Shown here in pieces: positions 10,051 to 19,402 of a stretch of 64,000 nucleotides of DNA. The notes under the pieces were generated by a model that was not told the origin of the DNA, searched no databases, and was given only the letters and a program-made list of their open reading frames with translations. The stretch covers positions 30,130-94,129 of the forward strand of contig MFDN01000015.1 of assembly GCA_001776935.1 (NCBI GenBank), given 5' to 3'. The translations under genes and the position numbers were made by a program. The DNA is from Candidatus Daviesbacteria bacterium RIFCSPLOWO2_01_FULL_39_23 (lineage in GTDB: Bacteria > Patescibacteriota > Microgenomatia > Daviesbacterales > UBA10151). Within the stretch, counting starts at the first letter, position 1. Every line of letters begins with the position of its first letter.

Positions 10051-11166
10051 ATGGGAACTGAGCAGGATATATTAAGGGAAAGAGCTAAAGGGATTGGCGC
10101 GAAATTAGATAATGTTTCTCCCGTGTTGCTTTATAGAAGATATACACCTCTTGCTCAAGAAATCTCGCAAGGTATTGAGTTAGCAATGCCCCGTAGGGGT
10201 TATTCCCCCAGATATGCATCTTTTCAAGTAACACCGTTTTGTAATTTTGATTGTTCCGGTTGTAATGTTAAAGAAATAAGGGATAGCAGGCAGACACCAC
10301 AATTAACAACAGGCGAAGCTAAAGTGGTGTTGTATAAATTAAAGGAATCAGGCACTCAATGGGTAGATCTCACAGGAGGAGAACCGCTTATTAGAGAAGA
10401 TTTGCTTGAAATTGTTGCATATTCGCATGAAGTGGGTATGCGAACCACGATTAATACAAATGGAGGAATTGCACGAGATAATTTTGATAAAGAAAAGCTT
10501 TATTGGCGCGAATTAGCAGAAGCAGGTTTATTCGGAGCAGTATTTTCTTATGATGGGATAGGCGAAAAGACCGATTCGAGGGTTATCGAGTTGGCAGCAT
10601 TTTTAGTTAACACGCTGCATATTTATGGTGGAGTAAGGACTGTAGTTACTAAAGATAATTTAAAGTTTGTAGAAAATATAGGTACAGCGTGTATGTCGAG
10701 CAATGCTTTTTACGAGCCTGTGCCAGCAGTTGCCTTGGGAGGAGAAATTTCAGCGCTGCCTAATGATAATTTCCATCCACTTGATGCTGATGGCAGGGAT
10801 GAGTACATAGAAATTGTTAATAATCTAAGAAAAGTACGCGGACCTTTTGCAGAATTTCTCCATATTGAAGAAGCTTATTTGAAAGAAGTGGTTATTCCCG
10901 CCACGGAGTGGCATTGCAAAAATCCTGCCAAATATTTGATTTTTGTTAACGCCCTAGGTAGCCTTGCAGTTTGCAATGACAAGTCTTTGCAAGGGGAAGC
11001 ATATTCCTTAATAGGACAAGATAACCCTCTTCTTAAAAGAGAATTTTATGAGGCTGTAAAAAAAGAATCTAAAGAATGCGGAGGATGCAGATGGCTTTGT
11101 AATTGGAGAAGCGAACGAAGACAAACATTGGATCGGTTTAATATAACAGCTGCTGCGATGACCTAA
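10051..11166 (+). CDS. Radical SAM protein with C-terminal Cys cluster (SPASM/Twitch-like)
   Basis: CNFDCSGC, LTGGEPL, CGGCRWLC; TTGACA(10015)-17-TAGATT promoter supports ATG 10051. Confidence 0.85.
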   Translation: MGTEQDILRERAKGIGAKLDNVSPVLLYRRYTPLAQEISQGIELAMPRRGYSPRYASFQVTPFCNFDCSGCNVKEIRDSRQTPQLTTGEAKVVLYKLKESGTQWVDLTGGEPLIREDLLEIVAYSHEVGMRTTINTNGGIARDNFDKEKLYWRELAEAGLFGAVFSYDGIGEKTDSRVIELAAFLVNTLHIYGGVRTVVTKDNLKFVENIGTACMSSNAFYEPVPAVALGGEISALPNDNFHPLDADGRDEYIEIVNNLRKVRGPFAEFLHIEEAYLKEVVIPATEWHCKNPAKYLIFVNALGSLAVCNDKSLQGEAYSLIGQDNPLLKREFYEAVKKESKECGGCRWLCNWRSERRQTLDRFNITAAAMT

Positions 11167-12014
11167 ATATTAAATACGCTTTTAGCATTTTGGGTAGTTT
11201 GACTGGCTACTTCCTCAAAAGATACTCCTTTTAAATCAGCAATAAGCTCGGCGATTTCTTTTACAGATGAGGGTTCATTTCTTTGTCCGCGTTTGCTCTG
11301 GGGAGCTAAAAACGGCGAATCAGTTTCTAAAACAATCCTGTCCAAAGGCAATAATTTGACAGCTTCTCGCAAGTATTCATTTTTAGGATAGGTAATGTTG
11401 CCTGCAAAAGAAACTGTTAGATTAGTAGTATGTAGTATGTAGCTAGTATTATGGGAGAGACCGGAATAACAGTGTAGAATAGCAGATTGGTCCCCAAGTA
11501 TTTCAAGCGTATCGTCCCAGGCCTCGGAATTTTCGGGATCTTTTGATCGGTCGTCGCGGCAGTGGATTATTAAAGGAAGATTTAATTTTTTGGCCAAGTC
11601 TACCTGAGCTTGTAAGAGTTTTTTTTGTAAAACCTTAACTTCATCAATTGTTATAGATGGTGGAATAAAGCCGGGATTACTTTCAAAAAAATAATCCAGA
11701 CCACATTCTCCTATACCGACAACTTTTTTTGGGTTAGAAAGATAGATCTGTTCTAACTGCTGCGTATCATTTTTAAGAGTTTCATTAGAGATATACTTTG
11801 CTGCCTCATGCGGATGGATAGCTACGGTGGAGTACCCTTCGACTCCGCTCATGTCAAGTTTTTCGCAAATTTGAAGTGCTTCCCGGCTTTTTTCAATGTC
11901 TACTCCGACATTAATAATGGCAGTAATTCCGGCATCTTTAGCGCGTTGTATTACCAGGTCTAAATCGTTTTGGTAACTTTCCCAATATAAATGTGCATGT
12001 GTATCAATTAACAT
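11163..12014 (-). CDS. tatD: TatD family nuclease
   Basis: IDTHAH, GIGECGLD, IHCRD, LETDSPFL. Confidence 0.93.
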   Translation of the reverse strand: MLIDTHAHLYWESYQNDLDLVIQRAKDAGITAIINVGVDIEKSREALQICEKLDMSGVEGYSTVAIHPHEAAKYISNETLKNDTQQLEQIYLSNPKKVVGIGECGLDYFFESNPGFIPPSITIDEVKVLQKKLLQAQVDLAKKLNLPLIIHCRDDRSKDPENSEAWDDTLEILGDQSAILHCYSGLSHNTSYILHTTNLTVSFAGNITYPKNEYLREAVKLLPLDRIVLETDSPFLAPQSKRGQRNEPSSVKEIAELIADLKGVSFEEVASQTTQNAKSVFNI

Positions 12015-12615
12015 TTTTTAACCCTAAAATTGTAACAAATCTTCCCTCTTTTTGGTTAGTATCTTCTGCCCTTCGGTGAGAAAAATAATTCATGTTTTCA
12101 TAGGTGCATATTTTGGGATTATCCATATTTTCTTTTAGAATGCCGCAATCAATTAATTGTTTTTCTGCTTCTTGCCAGATATTTAACCGATAATGACAGG
12201 GTCCGATAGATGGACCTAATTTTGCAAGCAGGTTTTTGGGATTAGATCCAAAATGTTTTTTCATTTTTTGAATTGCATTTTTAATAATTCCTTTTTGTAA
12301 ACCTTTAGAGCCGGCATGGATCAAGCCTATTGCTTTATTCTGCGGGTCATATAACCCAACAGGAATGCAATCTGCTACTTTTACCATTAATACAAAATTT
12401 GGATTGTTGCTGATAAGAGCATCGCCTTTGGTATTGGGATCCGGGTGTTCTTTGACAACAACTACTTTATTGCTGTGGATTTGCTCCAGCTCTGCAATCT
12501 CGTCATTGCGAACCCACTTTTCAAAAAACTTTTTCCTGTTTTGCAACACTTCTTGTGTGGGTCCAAAACGAAAATCCATATTTCCATCAGAAACTTGTGA
12601 CGAGATAAAAATCAT
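12004..12615 (-). CDS. YfiH/PgeF laccase-domain protein
   Basis: QIHS, ADCIP, IHAG, GPSIGPC, FSHRR. Confidence 0.88.
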   Translation of the reverse strand: MIFISSQVSDGNMDFRFGPTQEVLQNRKKFFEKWVRNDEIAELEQIHSNKVVVVKEHPDPNTKGDALISNNPNFVLMVKVADCIPVGLYDPQNKAIGLIHAGSKGLQKGIIKNAIQKMKKHFGSNPKNLLAKLGPSIGPCHYRLNIWQEAEKQLIDCGILKENMDNPKICTYENMNYFSHRRAEDTNQKEGRFVTILGLKNVN

Positions 12616-14051
12616 AGACGAGGAAAAAGAGGGGGGGCAGATTTAATTCCGACGGAAGTCGGAATAGTCCCACGGTTTATTTCTCCTGAGAATTGTTTTA
12701 ATATTTTCTCTGCAGTTTCGGGTAAAAATGGCTGCAGATTAAAAGCAATAATTTGAATTCTTTTCACCAAATCCTCTAAAACTTGTTTCGCTTTTTCTCC
12801 GGACAGCTCCCAGGGTTTTTTTATATTTATTTCTTTGTCTGTTTCAGTAATATTTTCCCAAATATAGTTTAATGCTTCGTTAAATTTATAAGTATCCAGA
12901 TGTTTAGTCATTTTTGGGTCAAATTCTGTTGGACAGTTTAATACTTCAATATTATTTTGCTCGCACATTTTTGCCACTCTTGATACTAAATTTCCCAAAC
13001 CGTTGGATAAGTGGGCAATATAACTTTCATGTATCCGCTCAGGCGTAACATCGCTGTCTTCAAAAGTGTTTAGCTCATAAGCTATAAAAAATCTGACAGC
13101 CTCGGTACTATATTTTTTAACCAGTTCAAAAGGGTCTATAACATTCCCTAAACTTTTACTCATTTTTTGGCCGGCGTTTGTTACAAAACCATGAATAATA
13201 ATCTGCCTGGAATTAGGTAAACCTGCAGACATTAACATTGCCTGCCACATGGCTGATTGCTGTCTTAGGTTATCTTTGCCAGCAATTTGTATTCCCGGCC
13301 AGTAATCACTAAATTTCTTATCCTCTTCCGGCCATCCAAGGGTAGAAATATAATTTATTAAGGCATCAAACCAAACGTAAAAAACTTGGTCTGGGTCGTT
13401 AGGCACTTCAATGCCCCATGGCAGTTTTTCCTTGAGTCTGGAGATACTAAAATCCTGCAAACCAGAAGAAACAAAATCTTTTATTTCTTTAAGGCGGAAA
13501 CCCGGTACTACAAATTCAGGATTTTTTTCATATAAATCCAAAAGTGATTCCTGATATTTTGACCATTTAAAAAAATAATTTTCCTCCTCTAAAATTTCTA
13601 TTTGCAGGTTAGGGTGAATGGTACATTTACCGTCAGTCAATTCAGAGTCGGTTTTTTCCAGCTCACATCCGATGCAATATTTAATTTTATATATTTTTTT
13701 ATAAATATCACCGTTTTTAAGGCATCTTTTCCAAAATTCTTGAGCAGCTTTTTTGTGATGAGGATTTGATGTTCTGATGAAGTGGGTATAGCTTAAATTG
13801 AGCGCTTCTTTTAGAGCGTCAAATTTAGCAGCATATTCATCTACATAAACTTGCGGATTTTTATTTTGTTCCAAGGCAGCCCGGTAAATTTTTATTCCAT
13901 GCTCATCAGTTCCTGTGTTAAAAATCACTTCGTCCCCGATTAATCTATGATATCTTGCAATAATATCAGCCTGAACTATCTCCATTGCAAAACCCAAATG
14001 GGGCTCTGCATTAACATAAGGGAGAGTTGTGGTAATGTAAAATTTGTTCAT
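12612..14051 (-). CDS. metG: Methionine--tRNA ligase
   Basis: PYVNAEPHLG, GTDEHG, YVWFDAL, KMSKS, LFPRL. Confidence 0.97.
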   Translation of the reverse strand: MNKFYITTTLPYVNAEPHLGFAMEIVQADIIARYHRLIGDEVIFNTGTDEHGIKIYRAALEQNKNPQVYVDEYAAKFDALKEALNLSYTHFIRTSNPHHKKAAQEFWKRCLKNGDIYKKIYKIKYCIGCELEKTDSELTDGKCTIHPNLQIEILEEENYFFKWSKYQESLLDLYEKNPEFVVPGFRLKEIKDFVSSGLQDFSISRLKEKLPWGIEVPNDPDQVFYVWFDALINYISTLGWPEEDKKFSDYWPGIQIAGKDNLRQQSAMWQAMLMSAGLPNSRQIIIHGFVTNAGQKMSKSLGNVIDPFELVKKYSTEAVRFFIAYELNTFEDSDVTPERIHESYIAHLSNGLGNLVSRVAKMCEQNNIEVLNCPTEFDPKMTKHLDTYKFNEALNYIWENITETDKEINIKKPWELSGEKAKQVLEDLVKRIQIIAFNLQPFLPETAEKILKQFSGEINRGTIPTSVGIKSAPPLFPRL

Positions 14052-14053
14052 AT

Positions 14054-14425
14054 TTACTTTCGTATATGCGTCAGTTTAGGGATTTTTGGTAATTTAGTCA
14101 AATTTCTTTTGGCCTTTTTAAAATAACTCAAAAGCAAGGCAACTGATATGAAAATAAGACTCCCGCTTACCAAGTTTAAAGTATCCAACCCCTTTAATAT
14201 CAAAAGAAAAATTAATCCTGAAGAAATAACAGTGGAGTTTACGAAAGTTTTAAGTAAAAAAATTAAAGTAAAAAGAAGCGCCAAAAAAAGTGGGGCAAAA
14301 AAAAGAATTATTTGGGAAAAATTTGCCTGAGTTAAGGAATCAGGATATGGCATTATGAATACAACTCCTGTAAAAATCCCCCAAAAAATTAAAGGCAGAA
14401 TGATTTTTGAAATAATCTTCAACAT
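14054..14425 (-). CDS. Small multi-pass membrane protein
   Basis: Four hydrophobic segments, directly upstream of metG. Confidence 0.65.
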   Translation of the reverse strand: MLKIISKIILPLIFWGIFTGVVFIMPYPDSLTQANFSQIILFFAPLFLALLFTLIFLLKTFVNSTVISSGLIFLLILKGLDTLNLVSGSLIFISVALLLSYFKKAKRNLTKLPKIPKLTHIRK

Positions 14426-14487
14426 AAATACATTGTAGCTTACAAGACCGGTTACTTCAAAAGTAAAAACAATGTTAAAATAACAAC

Positions 14488-14817
14488 ATGTTAATTCTTG
14501 TAACAGAGAGAGCTAATGAAGAAACCCTAAAAAAGGCATCGGAAGATTTGGCAGGCTATATAAAATTTGTAGTGGATATAGAAAAGAAAATTTTGACTAT
14601 TGGTGGGCAAAGGCATGTTGAAGGTGAGCAGATGCTTTTAAAAGAAGGTAGCAAACAGGAAAATTTATGGGGAGGCGGTTTGGATCTTGAGACAGGAGAA
14701 GTTGATTTTGATTCCATGATAAATATCAGGCCTAATCAAGACAACACCAGCAGGGAAATTTTATCAGAGCGGATTAGAAAACAGGTAGAGGAAATTGTTA
14801 GGAATTTACTTAAATGA
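14488..14817 (+). CDS. DUF5674-like protein
   Basis: IKFVVDIE..GG..H..GE..LL..GS.QENLWGG..DSMINIRP pattern. Confidence 0.75.
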   Translation: MLILVTERANEETLKKASEDLAGYIKFVVDIEKKILTIGGQRHVEGEQMLLKEGSKQENLWGGGLDLETGEVDFDSMINIRPNQDNTSREILSERIRKQVEEIVRNLLK

Positions 14818-15098
14818 ATGCCCGGGATTTAACTTTAAATATTGCTGTTAATTTAGGCAGGTTATCACGCTATGCTTTAGATGGAAAAAAACAAAGAGTT
14901 GAGCAGTTTATTAAAGATACAGATTATTATGTAAACCAGCTTGAGACTGCCCCTAAAAGTGAAAAATTTTTACCTACTTTTAAAATTTTTACAAATAAGT
15001 TTAAGCAACTTAAAAACAATGTTAAGTTAGATGAAATTTGGGCAGAAGATGCCCTGACCTGGGCAAATATCTTAACCCATCGGGCTAAATTGGCTTAA
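14814..15098 (+). CDS. Small helical protein coupled to the DUF5674-like gene
   Basis: 4-nt ATGA overlap; helical pattern. Confidence 0.6.
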   Translation: MNARDLTLNIAVNLGRLSRYALDGKKQRVEQFIKDTDYYVNQLETAPKSEKFLPTFKIFTNKFKQLKNNVKLDEIWAEDALTWANILTHRAKLA

Positions 15099-15149
15099 TT
15101 AACGACCCAGTTTCACTTTTTGTTCTGAAGTAAGCTATAATCCGTTAAT

Positions 15150-15674
15150 ATGGTTGAACAGAAACATCTAAGAATGCCTTCAGAGCAAAAAATGCATAGA
15201 GGCCGTTTAACTATTGAAGCTCTTCAAAAAGAGATTTATCTATTTGGATATATGTTTATAGCAAGAGAACCTTTTAAAAGATATCCAAACTGGCGCACGG
15301 ATAATCGAGACTATAACCAGATGTTAAGAGCGGCTAGAAAGATTATGGATATGGGAGTGCATGCTGAAGTTGAAGCCAGCGGTTTTGGCGGGGAAGCCGG
15401 CAGCCAGTTTATGGTTCTTGGACATATAACTCAAAGGGGTGTTGACCCCTTTGAGTTAATAGATAAAGCAGTTGCTAAAATTGCTGCCAGAGAACAAGAG
15501 ACTAAAGGAGTATCTTCTGAAGAAATGCATCGGATTATTGAGGAAGCTGAGCGATCTGGTGAAGATCTTCACCAGATTTGGCGTGAACGAGTGATTCCAC
15601 GTCTTCCTAGAGATGTAGATCAAATTAGGTCTAGTTTACTCAGTAAACTAACATCTCATTCTGGCGTTGATTAA
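15150..15674 (+). CDS. Hypothetical protein
   Basis: 174-aa ORF; TATAAT 8 nt before ATG. Confidence 0.6.
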   Translation: MVEQKHLRMPSEQKMHRGRLTIEALQKEIYLFGYMFIAREPFKRYPNWRTDNRDYNQMLRAARKIMDMGVHAEVEASGFGGEAGSQFMVLGHITQRGVDPFELIDKAVAKIAAREQETKGVSSEEMHRIIEEAERSGEDLHQIWRERVIPRLPRDVDQIRSSLLSKLTSHSGVD

Positions 15675-15760
15675 AATCTCCTGATACAATAAAAGTAGAA
15701 AAGCCTGGTTATAACTAATCGTTACAGCAACTGATTGTAAGTAATTTATTAATAGCTGGA

Positions 15761-18019
15761 CTATATTCCCACTATTTCAAAAGTGGAGCCGGCGGAATTT
15801 TTAGAAACCTCAATCCTGACCGGAAATTCTTCTTTTAATTCTTCAATGTGGGTGATGACTAAAATTTTTTCAAAGTCATTTTTTATTGTATCTAAAACTT
15901 CTACTAACCTTGCCCTGCCCGGAGCATCTTGCGTACCAAACCCTTCGTCGATTACTAAAAACTGAAGCCTTGCTCCGGCCCTATGGGTGAGTAATTTTGA
16001 TATAGCCAGTCTTATTGCAAAATTAACCCGGAAAGTTTCACCGCCTGAATAAAGTTCATAAGGCCGTTCACCCATTTCATCAGAGATGACAATTTCCAAA
16101 GTCTCAATAGTGCCGTATCCTTTTTCTCCTTCAGACAGCAGTACTTTGGTCTTGGTTTCTTTTTGGGTTTCAAGTTTTATTTTCATCCGTCCTTCAGTTA
16201 GTTTTTCCAACAACCTGTTTGCTTCATCTTCTATCTCAGGAATTGCATTTTCAATAATCATGGCCTGAATGCCTTTTTTACCAAAAGCCAAAGTCAGCTC
16301 GTCAAAAATTTGCTTGCTTTCTGTTAATTTTGTTTTTTCCAATAACTTGGTTTCATTTAATTTTATAAGTTGCTCGGACCTTGATACCAATTGTTTCGCT
16401 TCCCCGACTTTACCGGAAAGCTCTAAAGCTTTTTGAGATAGATCCTGTTTGGTTTGTTCCTCCGCTTTTAATTCATTTTGTATTTTTATCAAATGATTTT
16501 CATAAGTTTCCAGATTTTCCAATTCTTTTTGGTCTTTTAAAATTTGATTCTCTTTAGACTGATAGATTTTTTGTAAATCAGATAAAGCTTCCTGGTGGGT
16601 TTTTACTCCGGTAAGTGCCTGTTGCAGTTTAGTAAATTTTTCTGTAAAGCCTGAAAGCTTTTCAAGAATTTGAGTAATTTCAAAATAATTTTTAGTTTCT
16701 TCCTCAAGTATTTTGATGGCTCTTTCTTTTTCCTGAGCTATTTCAGATTCGGGTAATACAATCTCTTTATATTTTTTAATCGTTGACAGTAAAGTTGTTA
16801 TTTCCAATTCGTTTTTTCCGATTTGTTTTAAATTTATGCTTATTATTTCTTTGTTTTTTTCTTCATTGATCGGTTGCTTGCAGGTGGGGCAAATATCTTT
16901 TTTATTTTGCAAAGCACTGTTTTGAATTTGTAATTGTTCATTTCGCGTCTGCAGTTGTTTAGCCTGAAGCTCGATTTTTGATATAGCTTCTTGCCTTTTA
17001 TTTTCCCTCTCGGTTATAATTTTTTGAATATCTACCAGCTCATCTTTTACGATAATCAGTTGGCTTCTTTTTTCATCCAGTTTTTTCTTATCTTCCTGTA
17101 AGGTTAAAAGCTTTTGGTAATTTTTTTCAATGTCTTCTTTTTGGTCTAAGATAGTCTGAAATTCAGACTGGGCTTTTTGGTTTAATTCTATTTTTGTTTT
17201 TATATCAGCCAGTTCTATTTGAACTGAATCGATTTGTTTTTTCTTTTCCTCCAAAGATTTAATTTGTAAACTTATGCTTTCCTGTTTCTCGTTAATCTCT
17301 TTAATCAGGATTTCAACTTCCCTTAACTTGCTTTCAACTTTTTTGGATTCTTCCTGAGCTAAAGTTAGCGTTTTTTCCCTTTCTTCTTTTTGTGATAACT
17401 CGGTTTCAATCTCCAGGAGTTGGTATTCTAAAAGAGTCAGTTTTGTTTGAGCTTCTTTGGATTTTTCTTTAGCCTTTTCTTCCAGTTGGTCATAATGATC
17501 CAGTCCTAAGATATCTGCCAGTATTTTCTTCCGCTCAGTAGGTCCTTTAGTGGTAAATTCATCAGCATGTCCCTGACGAAGATAGGCAGAATTAGTAAAA
17601 GTTTCAAAAGTTAAATGAAGGGTGTCTATAATTTTTTGTTGGGTTGCTTTGATTGTTCCTTCGGTCAGATTATGCCCTGAGTGAACGGAGTGAGTCGAAG
17701 GGTTACTGCTCCAAAACTCAAGGTTTGTTGAACCTCCGCCTTTTTTAGACCGTTGCCGCTTTACTGTAAAAATATGTCCGTCAAGCTCAAAAGCAAATTC
17801 TACATTCATCTTTTCAGCTCCTAAATGGATTAGATCATCTGAAGAATCCCCGGCCCTGGATGTACCCCAAATGCACCAGGTTATGGAATCAAGCAAAGAG
17901 GATTTGCCGGCTCCGTTTAGACCGGAAATCGCTGCCAGTTTAAATTTTGTAAAGTCTAGCTCCCGAGGACTTTCGCCGTAGGAAGTAAAGTTTGATAATT
18001 TAAGTTTAACCGGTATCAT
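15761..18019 (-). CDS. sbcC: SbcC/Rad50-like SMC ATPase
   Basis: GLNGAGKSS, CPTC zinc hook, YSGGE, IDEGFG; start MIPVKL at 18019 (the longer ORF reads through a repeat element). Confidence 0.93.
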   Translation of the reverse strand: MIPVKLKLSNFTSYGESPRELDFTKFKLAAISGLNGAGKSSLLDSITWCIWGTSRAGDSSDDLIHLGAEKMNVEFAFELDGHIFTVKRQRSKKGGGSTNLEFWSSNPSTHSVHSGHNLTEGTIKATQQKIIDTLHLTFETFTNSAYLRQGHADEFTTKGPTERKKILADILGLDHYDQLEEKAKEKSKEAQTKLTLLEYQLLEIETELSQKEEREKTLTLAQEESKKVESKLREVEILIKEINEKQESISLQIKSLEEKKKQIDSVQIELADIKTKIELNQKAQSEFQTILDQKEDIEKNYQKLLTLQEDKKKLDEKRSQLIIVKDELVDIQKIITERENKRQEAISKIELQAKQLQTRNEQLQIQNSALQNKKDICPTCKQPINEEKNKEIISINLKQIGKNELEITTLLSTIKKYKEIVLPESEIAQEKERAIKILEEETKNYFEITQILEKLSGFTEKFTKLQQALTGVKTHQEALSDLQKIYQSKENQILKDQKELENLETYENHLIKIQNELKAEEQTKQDLSQKALELSGKVGEAKQLVSRSEQLIKLNETKLLEKTKLTESKQIFDELTLAFGKKGIQAMIIENAIPEIEDEANRLLEKLTEGRMKIKLETQKETKTKVLLSEGEKGYGTIETLEIVISDEMGERPYELYSGGETFRVNFAIRLAISKLLTHRAGARLQFLVIDEGFGTQDAPGRARLVEVLDTIKNDFEKILVITHIEELKEEFPVRIEVSKNSAGSTFEIVGI

Positions 18020-18028
18020 AGTATCTTT

Positions 18029-18135
18029 TGTCATCCTGATGGTCCATTGGACCAGAAGGATCTCTTGTGAATACAAGTTCTTCTGAAACAAGTTCAGAGA
18101 TTCTTCGGGTCAAAGTTTTGACCCTCAGAATGACA
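18029..18135. repeat. Palindromic miniature element (TGTCATYCTGA...TCAGRATGACA) between sbcD and sbcC
   Basis: Terminal inverted repeats and three internal hairpins; inverted homologue at 24253-24353. Confidence 0.85.
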
Positions 18136-18142
18136 GTTTCCT

Positions 18143-19336
18143 TTAGTTTTCCAAAAGTTGTGCAGCATATTGTTCAAGTAATTTTTGTTTTTGGGGTGTA
18201 TATTTTTTACTTTCAAAATATTTTTTTAGTGCTTGCAAAGGGGTTAAGCTTTCTACCTCAATATCAAGTCTTTTCCTTTCAACTTTTTCAACATTTCTTG
18301 AGATTCCGGCTATAAAATTGGCACTGCTTAAAGATTTTTTAACCAAATCCATTTTTATTTCCTCTTCGCATTCTGCAGGAATATTTATGATGACCCGGAC
18401 GATCTTATCTTCTATTTTGTTTTTTTTGATCTGATCAAGAATGGTTTGGTTTGGGTCAGCATCCTTGGGATCCAAATTAATGCTGATAGTTAAAAATTGC
18501 CTGGCGTTGGTGGGTAGAAACTGGAATTGGCTTTTCCATCCAGTAGACCTCGCAGGTTTAATGCGTGCAACCTGCGAGGTCGGTAATATCTCTAATAAAC
18601 AAATTCCTTTTTCTTCTTTTTCTTCTCCAAAATCTATCCTTTGTGGGGAGCCGGAGTAAACAATCAAAGGAGTGTCGCCTGGTTTTGATAAAGTCTGATG
18701 CTTGTGAATATGTCCAAGCGCAACATAAGCCAATCTTTTATCCTGTATTAAAGGAAGGGGGATAGTTACCTCATTTGCAATAGCCATGCCTTTTTCGCTG
18801 CCAAATTCTGCTCCAACCACTTCTGCATGGGATAAGAGTATTGCAGGGGAATCAGGGCTGATTTTTTCATACAGCAGTTTTAATTTTTCTGCCACATCTT
18901 TGTAGTCATTTTTATGAAGCCAGGGTAAGGTCACTATTTGCAAAGCGCCTGATTTTGTTGGGACAGATAATAATTCCGGTTTTCTGGAGACCCAGACATT
19001 GTCAATTTCTAAGGCTGAGTAAATATCCAAAGTATTGGCTTTTCCTTCGGCATTCGGGGTATCATGATTACCCACTACTAAAATAACCGGAATCTTTTTG
19101 GCCATTTTGGCAATTCTTTCCCCAAAACCTCTTTGCTGGGTTGGGTTGGGGTCGCGGGTTTTATAGGCATCCCCGGCAAAGACTACCGCATCCACATTTT
19201 CTTTAAAGGCAGTATCTACGATAAAATCAAAGGTATTAAAAAAATCAAGCAGTCTGGTAGAAAGGCCGGTTTCAGGATCCAACTTGGCATAATTTTCCAT
19301 CCCAATATGCAGATCAGAAAAATGCAGTAGTTTCAT
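18143..19336 (-). CDS. sbcD: SbcD/Mre11-like nuclease
   Basis: HFSDLH, AGD, GNHD, LGHIH, YSGSP. Confidence 0.93.
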   Translation of the reverse strand: MKLLHFSDLHIGMENYAKLDPETGLSTRLLDFFNTFDFIVDTAFKENVDAVVFAGDAYKTRDPNPTQQRGFGERIAKMAKKIPVILVVGNHDTPNAEGKANTLDIYSALEIDNVWVSRKPELLSVPTKSGALQIVTLPWLHKNDYKDVAEKLKLLYEKISPDSPAILLSHAEVVGAEFGSEKGMAIANEVTIPLPLIQDKRLAYVALGHIHKHQTLSKPGDTPLIVYSGSPQRIDFGEEKEEKGICLLEILPTSQVARIKPARSTGWKSQFQFLPTNARQFLTISINLDPKDADPNQTILDQIKKNKIEDKIVRVIINIPAECEEEIKMDLVKKSLSSANFIAGISRNVEKVERKRLDIEVESLTPLQALKKYFESKKYTPQKQKLLEQYAAQLLEN

Positions 19337-19402
19337 GGTTGGATTATAATCAAGCAGCAAACATTTGACAAATGACCTATAAGATAATAGAATTCAAAAA
19401 TT

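Noticed and set aside
18020-18315. ORF 18067-18315 (+) and the N-terminal extension of sbcC to 18091
   Set aside because: Both are read-throughs of the palindromic element or antisense to sbcD.
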